A stretch of 64,000 nt of DNA, taken from NCBI GenBank assembly GCA_963820525.1, contig CAWGAA010000001.1, positions 2,048,001-2,112,000 on the forward strand, read 5' to 3'. Both the position numbers and the translations under genes were made by a program. The notes beneath the pieces were generated by a model. It saw only the letters and a list, made by a program, of their open reading frames with translations, did no database searches and was not told the origin of the DNA. Below, in pieces: positions 49,885 to 59,091 of the stretch. Source of the DNA: an uncultured Spirochaetota bacterium. Lineage in GTDB: Bacteria; Spirochaetota; Spirochaetia; SZUA-6; Fen-1364. How positions within the stretch are numbered: the first letter of the stretch is position 1; every line of letters begins with the position of its first letter.

Positions 49885-50080
49885 CCACAACGTAAAGGGT
49901 TTACGACATGCCCCGTCCCGAAGGGCTGGCACAGGGGTTGCCCCCGCAAAACATAGACAAGAGTGTACCACACATCTTAGAGGACCGTAAGAAGATTTGA
50001 TCTGCAAGCCCTGTGCCAGAGGGGCATGTGGCGAAGCCCGGAGCGACCGGAGGGAGCGGAGCGTAAACCCTATGTTGAAT
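49885..50080 (-). other. Long (196 bp) attC-like site
   Basis: On the - strand ATTCAAC...GTTGTGG; nested IRs agggtttacg/cgtaaaccct, catgcccc/ggggcatg, ctggcacaggg/ccctgtgccag. Confidence 0.75.
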
Positions 50081-50110
50081 GAAGTCGCTCCGCCCGCGCT
50101 ATGGGTTTTA

Positions 50111-51262
50111 TTAGGCGCTGTTCCAATAACTATTAGAGGCCTCTTCCGGCGGAAGTTCAATGATTTGTATATTCACACTATTGCAGCGCGGACATCGTTT
50201 TCCAATGATCTCGGGCGCTTCCAAGAAAAAATCATACGATCGCTGTTGAGATTCTAGATCGATGCATAACAAACGACGGATGTATTTCAGATTTTCATTT
50301 TTGTGCCCGTTGCTCAAGAGGCCGTAAAATCGTATACGCTTGAATCCTTCCGGCAGCACATGCAGGAGAAATCTTCTCATGAACTCGGAGGAGCCAAGTG
50401 TCATTACCTTTTTCCGGTTTTTATCCCTGTAGTCCTTCCAGATAAAGCTTACATTTCCGCCGGTGAAATTCAAAATCCGTTTGTTGCTGATCGCTACCCG
50501 ATGCGTATATCGCCCTATATATTTCAGTACACGTAACGGATCGGAAAACGGCTTTTTGGCATAGACGACCCACCTTCTTGCATAACACGTATCCAACAGC
50601 TTTGCAAACTCGGCTGCCTACTCTGTCTTAAGCGACTTGCCAAAGAAACTCAACTCTTTTGCTGCATATGCCTGTTTCAAATAATGCAGGTATTTACCTC
50701 TGAACAATCGATTGAGAATGTGTATCGAGATAAAGAAATTGTTCCTGCTTTCAATCCATGCGGATTTATCCCGGCTCAATCCCCCTCCGGTAACAATGCA
50801 GTGCAGATGTGGATGGTCAAGTAAGTTTTGGCTCCAGGTGTGGAGAATGGCGATAAACCCGATCTTCGCGCCGAGATTCTTCGGGTTTCCCGCAGCTTCT
50901 TGAAGAGTTTCGTTTGCGGCGCGAAAGAGAATGTCGTAGAGCACTCTTTTGTTCTGGAGAATAAGGGAATTCAATACCGCCGGGACGGTGAAGACGATAT
51001 GGAAATATTTTATGGGCAGAAGCTCTTGTGTCCGCTCGTAAACCCATTGCGCCTGCTTGCTCGCCTGGCATTTGGGGCAATGCCGGTTCCTGCATGAATT
51101 ATAGGATATCTGTTCATACCCGCATTCATGGCAAACAAATTTATGGCCGCCCAATTTCGGACCGCGGCAGTTTATGATTGCGTTTACGACTTTCCACTGA
51201 TCATAACTGATGCCTTCCAGTAACTGAGTGCTTTGTCTGAAAACATCGGCGACTTTTATTAT
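50111..51262 (-). pseudogene. IS91-like (HUH, Zn-binding) transposase with in-frame TAG; native start not identifiable
   Basis: SCRNRHCPKCQ, YFHIVFTVP, HTW...HPHLH, YIGRY, RFLLHVLP.GF.RIRFYG; TAG at 50618-50620. Confidence 0.88.
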
Positions 51263-51267
51263 GTCGG

Positions 51268-51372
51268 TCCGCTGCGCTGTCCCGTCTGCGGAAACAGGAT
51301 GTCCGTGATCGCCCTCATGCGCTATCCCGCAGAGAACCGGACCATCATCGCCCGACCGTCTCGTCACCACCC
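51268..51372 (+). pseudogene. C-terminal fragment of a second IS91-like transposase
   Basis: Hand translation PLRCPVCGNRMSVIALMRYPAENRTII resembles the PLxCPxCGxxMxIIA tail. Confidence 0.5.
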
Positions 51373-51416
51373 CTACTCAGCGCCCTGACAGTCAGGTAAC
51401 CTGCCGGGTTCAGCAG

Positions 51417-51827
51417 CTATCTCTTTTTCAGCGCTGTCTCCACTGCCTTGAGGAACGCTCGGGGGGTCCATGTCGCGCCGCCCACAACGTCCACGTCCGG
51501 GGACTGCTTCTCGATAACCTTCAGGGCAAGCGGCGCAAGGTATTCTCTGATAGTTGTTGGAGAGACAACCGTGATCCGTTGGATTTTCCCTTGAGCAACA
51601 TCAACCTGAACCTTCACTCGTTTGTTGCCTACGAAGGTACCGAAGGGCGGCACGATCTTGTACTCTCCAATGTATGTTCCATCCGGAATTCCGCTGAGAT
51701 CAACTTGGCCGACACGGTAGTCCTGCTTTGGAATCCCAAACGACATCGTTGCCGCCACGATGATGATGACCATCCCGCCAACTATTGAAAGGAGTACGAT
51801 CAAGACGATCCGTCCGCGCTTCTTCAT
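51417..51827 (-). CDS. FMN-binding domain protein with membrane anchor
   Basis: DGTYIG, DVDVVGGATWT flavinylation-like motif, KAVETAL; GGAGG RBS. Confidence 0.85.
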   Translation of the reverse strand: MKKRGRIVLIVLLSIVGGMVIIIVAATMSFGIPKQDYRVGQVDLSGIPDGTYIGEYKIVPPFGTFVGNKRVKVQVDVAQGKIQRITVVSPTTIREYLAPLALKVIEKQSPDVDVVGGATWTPRAFLKAVETALKKR

Positions 51828-52055
51828 AGCGGTCCTCCCGTTTATCCGGGATCTCAGGGCTGATCCCTGCAGGCCCCGACTTCCCTGACTGTATTGCATA
51901 GTCGACGCGCGTGCAATTCCCGGCTCCCATGGCTTTCCGTGGGCTGGCGCCGCTCCCACAACTTGCTTCGCAAGTTGCTGCCGCGGTTCGCCGCGACGGG
52001 AATACCGTCGCGGCTGGATTGACCCTCCTGCCCGCATTTTCGTACTATTCCCGCC

Positions 52056-54473
52056 ATGAGCGGATACCCCGCAGGCGACATCGAACGCAAGTGGCAGCAC
52101 TATTGGGAGAAGAACAAGACCTTCGGCGTCACCGAGGACCCCGCCGTGCCCCGGGATCGGCGCAGGTACGTCCTGGACATGTTCCCCTACCCCTCATCGG
52201 CAGGCCTCCACGTCGGCCACCCCGAAGGCTACACGGCCACCGACATCTATTGCCGCTTCCTCAGAATGAAGGACTATCACGTCCTGCATCCCATGGGCTT
52301 CGACTCCTTCGGGCTCCCCGCCGAAAACTACGCCATCAAGACGGGCACCCACCCACGCGTTTCCACGGAGAAGAACATCCAGCGCTTCACCTCCCAGATA
52401 AAGGCGCTGGGCTTCTCCTACGACTGGGACAGGCGCCTCTCCACCCACGAGCCGGAGTACTACCGCTGGACCCAGTGGATCTTCCTCAAGTTGTGGGAGA
52501 AGGGCCTCGCCTATGAAGCGGAAGTGCCCATCAACTGGTGTCCCTCGTGCCTCACCGGCCTGGCCAACGAGGAGGTGAAGGACGGGCGCTGCGATCGCTG
52601 CGGCACCCCGGTGACGCGCAAGAACCTCCGCCAGTGGATATTGAGGATCACGGCATACGCGGAGAAGCTTCTCTCGGGCCTGGACAAGCTGGACTGGTCG
52701 GAATCCCTGAAGCTCATGCAGAGGAACTGGATCGGCCGAAGCGAGGGGGCCAACGTCCACTTCACCCTGGAGGGCAGCGGCACGATCGAGGTCTACACGA
52801 CGCGGCCCGACACCCTTTTCGGCGCCACCTACATGGTGCTCGCCCCCGAGCACCCCCTGGTGGAGAAGATCACCGCCGCCGGGCAGAGAAAGGCGGTGGA
52901 GGGCTACATCAAGCAGGCCTCGATGAAGTCCGATCTCGAGCGGACGGAGCTGGCCAAGGAGAAGACGGGCGTATTCACCGGGGCCTTTGCCCTAAACCCC
53001 ATGAACGGAAAGAAGATCCCGGTGTGGATCTCGGATTACATCCTCATCTCCTACGGCACCGGCGCCATCATGGCGGTTCCCGCCCACGACGAGCGGGACT
53101 TCGAGTTCGCGACCAAGTTCGGCCTCCCCATCGTGCAAGTCGTTTCAAAAGACGGGAGCCTCTACAAGCTCACCGAAGCGGAGGTGCTTGACGGCATCGC
53201 CGTCAACTCGGGGGAGTTCGACGGCCTTCCCACGGTGGAGTTCAAGAAGCGGATCGTCGAGTGGCTGGAGGCCAGGGGCATCGGGAAACGCGCGGTGAAC
53301 TACAAGCTGCGGGATTGGATCTTCTCCCGGCAGAGGTACTGGGGAGAGCCCATCCCCATCGTCCACTGCCCCGCGTGCGGCCCCGTGGCGGTGCCGTACG
53401 ACGAGCTTCCGCTGAGGCTCCCCGAAGTGGCCACCTACAAGCCGACGGGGACCGGTGAATCTCCCCTTGCTACCATTGAAGAGTGGGTCAACACGAAATG
53501 CCCGAAGTGCGGCGAGCCCGCAAAGCGGGAAACAAACACGATGCCCCAGTGGGCCGGCTCCTGCTGGTATTACCTGCGTTACCTCGATCCGAAAAACGAC
53601 ACGGCGTTCGCCGGCCGTGACAAGATCGATTACTGGATGCCGGTGGACCTGTACGTGGGCGGGGCGGAGCACGCCGTGCTCCACCTCCTGTACTCCCGCT
53701 TCTGGCACAAGGTCCTCTTCGACATCGGCGTCGTGAACTCAGACGAGCCCTTCATGCGCCTTATCAACCAGGGAATGATCCTGGGCGAAGGCGGGGTGAA
53801 GATGTCCAAGAGCCTGGGAAACGTCATCAACCCCGACGACATCATTGCCGAGTTCGGCGCGGACTCGATGAGGGTCTACGAGATGTTCATGGGCCCCCTG
53901 GAGGTCTCCAAGCCCTGGTCCACGCGGGGAATCGCCGGGGTGAAGCGCTTCCTCGACAGGGTTTGGCGCATGTCGGAGCTCCCCCTCACGGAGGAGGAGC
54001 CGCCCGAGGCCCTTGTCAAGCTCCTGCACAAGACCATCAAGAAGGTGAGCCAGGACACGGAGAAGCTGGAGTTCAACACGGCCATCGCCCAGATGATGAT
54101 CTTCGTGAACGAGACGAGCGGCCTGGGGAAGCTTCCCCGAAATCTCTGGGAGCCGTTCGTGCTCCTGCTTGCCCCTTACGCGGCGCACCTGGCGGAGGAG
54201 CTGTGGGAGAAGATGGGCCGCTCCCCGTCCGTGGGCCGCCAGAAATGGCCGGATTGGATCGAGGCGCTCACCGCAGAAGACCTGGCCGAGGTCGTGTTTC
54301 AGATCAACGGAAAGATCAGGGCAAAGGAAAACCTCCCCGTCGGGCTCTCGGGGGAGGAGCTCAAGACAAAGGCCATGGCCAATCCGCGCATCAAGGAGCT
54401 TCTGGACGGCAAAGAGGTGCGGAAGGTCATCACGGTGCCGGGCAAGCTGGTGAATATCGTCGCGAGCCTTTGA
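52056..54473 (+). CDS. leuS: Leucine--tRNA ligase
   Basis: [41 protein letters not shown]. Confidence 0.99.
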   Translation: MSGYPAGDIERKWQHYWEKNKTFGVTEDPAVPRDRRRYVLDMFPYPSSAGLHVGHPEGYTATDIYCRFLRMKDYHVLHPMGFDSFGLPAENYAIKTGTHPRVSTEKNIQRFTSQIKALGFSYDWDRRLSTHEPEYYRWTQWIFLKLWEKGLAYEAEVPINWCPSCLTGLANEEVKDGRCDRCGTPVTRKNLRQWILRITAYAEKLLSGLDKLDWSESLKLMQRNWIGRSEGANVHFTLEGSGTIEVYTTRPDTLFGATYMVLAPEHPLVEKITAAGQRKAVEGYIKQASMKSDLERTELAKEKTGVFTGAFALNPMNGKKIPVWISDYILISYGTGAIMAVPAHDERDFEFATKFGLPIVQVVSKDGSLYKLTEAEVLDGIAVNSGEFDGLPTVEFKKRIVEWLEARGIGKRAVNYKLRDWIFSRQRYWGEPIPIVHCPACGPVAVPYDELPLRLPEVATYKPTGTGESPLATIEEWVNTKCPKCGEPAKRETNTMPQWAGSCWYYLRYLDPKNDTAFAGRDKIDYWMPVDLYVGGAEHAVLHLLYSRFWHKVLFDIGVVNSDEPFMRLINQGMILGEGGVKMSKSLGNVINPDDIIAEFGADSMRVYEMFMGPLEVSKPWSTRGIAGVKRFLDRVWRMSELPLTEEEPPEALVKLLHKTIKKVSQDTEKLEFNTAIAQMMIFVNETSGLGKLPRNLWEPFVLLLAPYAAHLAEELWEKMGRSPSVGRQKWPDWIEALTAEDLAEVVFQINGKIRAKENLPVGLSGEELKTKAMANPRIKELLDGKEVRKVITVPGKLVNIVASL

Positions 54474-54474
54474 C

Positions 54475-55611
54475 GTGGCGACCCATCGCGAGAGACGGGA
54501 AAAGCTGGCTTCCTACATCGGGGAGAAGGCGATCTTTGCCCTGATCCTCGAGGACTTCGAGAACCTCCGCTCCCGTTCCCTGCGCTACCTCTCGGGACAT
54601 CCAACCGACGCGATTCTCTTCATCTTCAAGAGCGGCAAGACCGTGCTCGTTCCGTGGGATGTCTCCATGGCGCACGAGCGCGCCGACGTGGACGAGATCG
54701 TGCCCTACACGGGCTTCCGCCGCTCATTCCGAGAAGCGGCCTCGACCATTCTGCGGGATAACGGCCTGGAGGCGGCCGGAGCGGATCGAAAGATCGAGGT
54801 CTCGGCAAAGACCCCCTACCCCCGCTACCGGGACCTGTGCTCCGAGCTTGAAGGGACCGCGGTCCTCTGCGAGGAGCGCGGCGTCGATACAGTCCTCTCC
54901 CGCATGCGCGCCGTCAAGGATGCAGCGGAAGCCGCTTCCCTGCGGCGGGCGGCCGCGATCACCAACAAGATCGTGGACAGCGTGGAGGCGCTTTTGGAGG
55001 GAGGCGAGACCGGGCTCACGGAGATCGAGCTTGCCCAATTCGTCCAGCGTGAAGCCCTGCGCCTCGGAGCCGAGGGGCTGGGGTTCGAGACGCTCGCGGC
55101 CGGCCCGGGGCGCAGCTGGGGCATTCACCCGTTTCCCGTATGCTCGGGCGGGGGCTTCGGCGGCCCGGGGCTCTCCATCCTCGATTTCGGCGTTTCGGTT
55201 GACGGTTATACGAGCGACGTGACCATCACGCTGGCCCGCGGCCGGCTTTCCGAGGAGCAGGAACGGATGATCTCCCTGGTTCAGAGAGCGTATGACGCGG
55301 CGGTTTCTGCAAGCCACCAAGGCGCCTCCCCTCAAGAGCCTGCCCGCGGGGCGGAGGAAGTGCTGGCCGCCGAAGGATGGAAAATGCCCCACGCCCTGGG
55401 ACATGGAATCGGCCTCGATGCCCACGAGGGGCCGCTTCTTCGAAGCCAGGGAGAGCCCTCGGATCCCGAGCTCCTCCCCGGCATGGCGTTCACGATCGAG
55501 CCCGGCCTCTACCATCCCGAGCACGGCGGCGTGCGCCTGGAAAACGATCTTCTCATCACGGAGCGCGGAACCGAAGTCCTCACGAACGCAAGGATCATCA
55601 GGCTGGCGTAG
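54475..55611 (+). CDS. Xaa-Pro peptidase (M24 family)
   Basis: DFG...GYTSDVT, HALGHGIGLDAHE, TIEPG, GVRLEND. Confidence 0.93.
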   Translation: MATHRERREKLASYIGEKAIFALILEDFENLRSRSLRYLSGHPTDAILFIFKSGKTVLVPWDVSMAHERADVDEIVPYTGFRRSFREAASTILRDNGLEAAGADRKIEVSAKTPYPRYRDLCSELEGTAVLCEERGVDTVLSRMRAVKDAAEAASLRRAAAITNKIVDSVEALLEGGETGLTEIELAQFVQREALRLGAEGLGFETLAAGPGRSWGIHPFPVCSGGGFGGPGLSILDFGVSVDGYTSDVTITLARGRLSEEQERMISLVQRAYDAAVSASHQGASPQEPARGAEEVLAAEGWKMPHALGHGIGLDAHEGPLLRSQGEPSDPELLPGMAFTIEPGLYHPEHGGVRLENDLLITERGTEVLTNARIIRLA

Positions 55612-56224
55612 CCTTCTTTCGGAGGATCATCGCCTGTGCCGGAAGCGGCCCCCTGATATCGAAGGAGCGGAAATCCTCTATAGAAAAGAGCCCTGACACG
55701 GCCTTCCGGATGGCCTCCTCGGAGTACAGGGAATAGAACCTTGGAGGGGAGTAGGGGTCCCGGGGCAGCGTGCCTTCATGATCCCTGCCCCCGAAGTTGC
55801 AGAGGTAGAAGAGGCCTCCGGCCTCGAGCACGCTGAAGGTCCCCTGGAGGGCTTTCCCGAACTCTCTTTTGGGCACATGGTGGAGGCAGTTCATTGCGTA
55901 GACGGCACTGAAGCTTTCCCGGGGAAGATCGATCGCGCAGGCATCGAGAAGCCGTGCCGTGAGCCCCTTGGAGCGGCAGATCTCCACCATGCGCGGGGTG
56001 ATGTCCGTGGCGAGCACCTCCATCCCCATGCTGAGGAAAAACGCGCCGTCCCTTCCGGTCCCCGCCCCAAGCTCCAGGAGCCGCCGCTTTCCCTCACGAA
56101 GGAGAATCCGGCAGAATCTCTCGCGCTCATCGAGCTTCCACCGCTGAATCGGTCTCTCGTCCCGCGCTTCAGGATTCCGCGAGTATGACCGTATAAGCCT
56201 TTCCCTGATGGACGGCGATTCCAT
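55598..56224 (-). CDS. Class I SAM-dependent methyltransferase
   Basis: LLELGAGTGRD motif I; LEAGGLF. Confidence 0.9.
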   Translation of the reverse strand: MESPSIRERLIRSYSRNPEARDERPIQRWKLDERERFCRILLREGKRRLLELGAGTGRDGAFFLSMGMEVLATDITPRMVEICRSKGLTARLLDACAIDLPRESFSAVYAMNCLHHVPKREFGKALQGTFSVLEAGGLFYLCNFGGRDHEGTLPRDPYSPPRFYSLYSEEAIRKAVSGLFSIEDFRSFDIRGPLPAQAMILRKKATPA

Positions 56225-56308
56225 CGGTACAGAGGATAGCGCACGCCGAAAGGAAAGTGAACCCGCAGGAAAGGGAGCGGCCCTGGCGCATGGTCGCCGC
56301 GACGCGGC

Positions 56309-57142
56309 TCAGTGCACCTCATCTCCCCCTGACACGGCGAGCCCGCGGGCATCCAGGTACGCCTGGAGGCGGGCGCCCCCGGGCCCGAAAAGCACGTGCT
56401 GCCCATACGTCATGGCCGGGACGCCCAGGCATCCATCCTGTCCCGCGGTAAGGACGGAAACAAAGGGATCCTCCATGAACCATTCACCTTCCGAAGCGTA
56501 AAGCACGACGTCCTTGGTCGGCAGGCAATCTATATCATACGCAGTAAACCCGCCCTCCGCGAGCTTCTGCGCAACCTTGACCAGGTCCAGTTTCCATGGA
56601 TCGGGAAAGCGCCGCATGTATTGGGACAGGCGCGCTGAGTTCACCAGGCCCGTGTCAATGCCGCCCTCCCACAGACGGCGAAAGACTTCAGCCAGGGGAC
56701 CGTCCTCCCAGCTCAGTACAAGGCGGGGTGCGCCGCCGGGCGCATCTTCAGCCTCCGAGCCTGACGGCCACAATCCCCCGGCAGGCCTGAGATCCCCCGG
56801 CTCGGCGGACGCCGTAGAGCCTCGAGGGCCTGCCCTTGCGCCTCCGCCGGCCCCTGGGCTCCAGGGATAGGCCAGGACCGGGGCATTGGCGGTCTTGCCG
56901 CAGGTGATGGCAACGGGATCCTGCCATTGGTCCACGGACACCTCTTTCAGGCAGCCGCGCCCATCCGGATACACGAGGGTGAACCGAAGGTCGGGCAAGG
57001 AGGCGAGCCACCGCGCAGGCGGCGGAGGGATGATGACCTCGAGATCCACGTCCGGGTTGAACAGCGCGCAGCCGGCCATGGCGCCCAGGACTGCCGCGAC
57101 GAGAAACGGGCGCGCCAAGCCGGGAAGGGATGCGAGCTTCAC
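56309..57142 (-). CDS. Hypothetical lipoprotein
   Basis: Lipobox MAGC; GC-rich coding pattern. Confidence 0.7.
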   Translation of the reverse strand: MKLASLPGLARPFLVAAVLGAMAGCALFNPDVDLEVIIPPPPARWLASLPDLRFTLVYPDGRGCLKEVSVDQWQDPVAITCGKTANAPVLAYPWSPGAGGGARAGPRGSTASAEPGDLRPAGGLWPSGSEAEDAPGGAPRLVLSWEDGPLAEVFRRLWEGGIDTGLVNSARLSQYMRRFPDPWKLDLVKVAQKLAEGGFTAYDIDCLPTKDVVLYASEGEWFMEDPFVSVLTAGQDGCLGVPAMTYGQHVLFGPGGARLQAYLDARGLAVSGGDEVH

Positions 57143-57174
57143 CCTTCCAATGAACCCCCCTTTTGAACGCGCGC

Positions 57175-57219
57175 TTGACAGAAGGTGCTTTTGGGTTTAT
57201 TCATGAATGAACGTTCATT
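57175..57219 (+). promoter_or_regulatory. Promoter and probable TetR operator
   Basis: TTGACA at 57175 with TATTCA 17 bp later; perfect palindrome aatgaacgttcatt at 57206-57219. Confidence 0.7.
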
Positions 57220-57226
57220 TAAGAAT

Positions 57227-57826
57227 ATGGCACGGCCGGCAGACGCGGACAAGCGCCGCAAAATCCTCGAATCCGCCTTTCAGGTCTTCGGCAAAAAGGG
57301 CTTCGAGAGCTCCACGATGAAAAGCATCGCCCGGGAGGCCGGAATCGCCCCCGGCTCCATCTACACCTACTTCCGCGACAAGCAGGATCTGTTCCACTCC
57401 ACGGCGCGTGAGATCTGGGACCGCCTCCTTTCGAGATTCAGGAGCGTCGTCGCCTCCCCCCGGGGAATCGAAGAGAAGCTCGCCGAGCTTCTCGACGTTG
57501 GCTTCTCCGCCCTCAAGGCGAGCCTTCCCCTCCTTCGGGGGATGCTCTTCGAGGCGGCGCAGGACCGCATGTTCCAGGAGAACCTTGACGCGCTATGCGG
57601 ATACATCAGCGCGCTTCTGGCGCAGGGAAGGCGGGAGGGAATCCTCGAGGTGCCGGAGGATGAGGGACAGTGGAAGCGGATCGTGCGGGTGACCGTGGTC
57701 GGCATCATCTTCTCCGCGGCGCTCGCGCAGCAGAAAGACACGGACGGTGAGATCGCGGCCCTGAAGGCGGCCATCACGAGGATGCTGGCGGATCGCTTCG
57801 TCGCGAAAAGGGGAAAGGCAAAGTGA
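57227..57826 (+). CDS. TetR/AcrR family regulator
   Basis: ILESA..VF..KGF..STM..IAREAGIAPGSIYTYF.DK HTH. Confidence 0.93.
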   Translation: MARPADADKRRKILESAFQVFGKKGFESSTMKSIAREAGIAPGSIYTYFRDKQDLFHSTAREIWDRLLSRFRSVVASPRGIEEKLAELLDVGFSALKASLPLLRGMLFEAAQDRMFQENLDALCGYISALLAQGRREGILEVPEDEGQWKRIVRVTVVGIIFSAALAQQKDTDGEIAALKAAITRMLADRFVAKRGKAK

Positions 57827-59091
57827 AACGAACAATCATCTGGATCGCCGTCGCCGTGGTCCTTCTGGCAGCCGCCTACACAGTTTTTCAGAGAGTGTCG
57901 CGCCGGGCCATCCGGGAGACGGCATCAGAGGCCGTGCCCGTGCTGCTCGCGCACCCCTCGCGGGGCGCCGTCGAGCGCGGCATCTCCTACTCGGGAACCC
58001 TCGAGCCACGCGAGATCGTCACCCTCACTCCCAAGACCTCCGGAAGAATAGAGCGGATCTCGGTGAAGGAGGGGGACACGGTGAAGCGCGGGCAGGTCCT
58101 CGTTCTCATGGAGGGCGATGTGGCCCGCCTCCAGCTCGACCAGGCCTCCTCCGCCCTCCAGGCGGCCCAGGCCCAGTACGACAAGGCCAGAAAGGGAGCG
58201 CGATCCGGGGAGCTGGACAATGCCCGGGCGCTCCTCGATCAGGCGGAGAAGGATTTCGGAACGGCCGGCGAGAACTACGATCGCTCGCGGCGTCTCTTCG
58301 ATGAAGGAACCATCTCCAAGGCGGGCTATGAGGAGGCGGACAAGAAGTTCAGCACGGCCCGGACCCAGGTGGACAATGCGCGGCGGAGCGTCCGCATGAT
58401 GGAGGAGGGCGCCACTTCGGAGGAGCTGGCCCTCGCCGCGGCGAACGTCAGGGCGGCAAAGGCACAGGCGGACCTCGCCCAACTCCAGCTCGACAATACG
58501 CGGATCACGTCGCCCGCCTCCGGCAGGGTAGCGAAGGTGTTCATCGACAGCGGCAACATGGCGGGGGTATCGACGCCCCTCCTGGCGATCATGGCAGACG
58601 ATTCCATGATCGTGAAGATCGCCGTTCCGGAAACCCACTACGGAGAGTTCCGGCGGAACGAAAAAAAGATCCCCGCGCGCGTGCGGCTTACGGCGCTTCC
58701 CTCACTCGGCGAGATCCCGGGAAGCATCTCCAGCATCGCCGCGGTCATCGATCCTGCCAGCAGAACCTTCACGGTTGAGGTGGAGCTTTCCAACCCCGAG
58801 GGGAATCTTCGCGCCGGGATGTACGCGAATGTCTGGTTCACCCTCGAGGCCGCATCCAATGCCCTTCTCGTTCCGGCCGCAGCACTGGTCACCCGCGGTG
58901 AAAAAATGGGCGTGTTCGCCGTGAGGAGCTCGAGCCGGCCCGCCGCCGCGTTCACGCCGATTACCATCGGTGTGGCGAACGAAGAGAGCGTCCAGGTCCT
59001 TTCCGGGCTGTCCGAGTCCGACGCGGTCGTGGTGGAGGGAAACGCGTTCCTGGAGGACGGACAGGCAGTGGCCCCGAGGGAAGCCCCATGA
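57823..59091 (+). CDS. RND efflux periplasmic adaptor
   Basis: SGRIERISVKEGDTVKRGQ, ITSPASG, IDPASRT, LRAGMYA. Confidence 0.92.
   Translation: MKRTIIWIAVAVVLLAAAYTVFQRVSRRAIRETASEAVPVLLAHPSRGAVERGISYSGTLEPREIVTLTPKTSGRIERISVKEGDTVKRGQVLVLMEGDVARLQLDQASSALQAAQAQYDKARKGARSGELDNARALLDQAEKDFGTAGENYDRSRRLFDEGTISKAGYEEADKKFSTARTQVDNARRSVRMMEEGATSEELALAAANVRAAKAQADLAQLQLDNTRITSPASGRVAKVFIDSGNMAGVSTPLLAIMADDSMIVKIAVPETHYGEFRRNEKKIPARVRLTALPSLGEIPGSISSIAAVIDPASRTFTVEVELSNPEGNLRAGMYANVWFTLEAASNALLVPAAALVTRGEKMGVFAVRSSSRPAAAFTPITIGVANEESVQVLSGLSESDAVVVEGNAFLEDGQAVAPREAP

Noticed and set aside
13930..50620. Three in-frame TAG codons (13930, 39050, 50618) suggesting amber recoding or pyrrolysine
   Set aside because: All lie in genes with other lesions. 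TAG ends intact genes at the expected place (7687, 11725, 55611), and long genes such as leuS and glgX contain none.
51830..52055. T-box riboswitch upstream of leuS
   Set aside because: No GGTGGxACCGCG T-box or terminator; a promoter directly abuts the ATG.
50111..52055. Integron integrase / attI at the array head
   Set aside because: No tyrosine recombinase motifs (HxLRH, LGH) were found here or elsewhere in the window.
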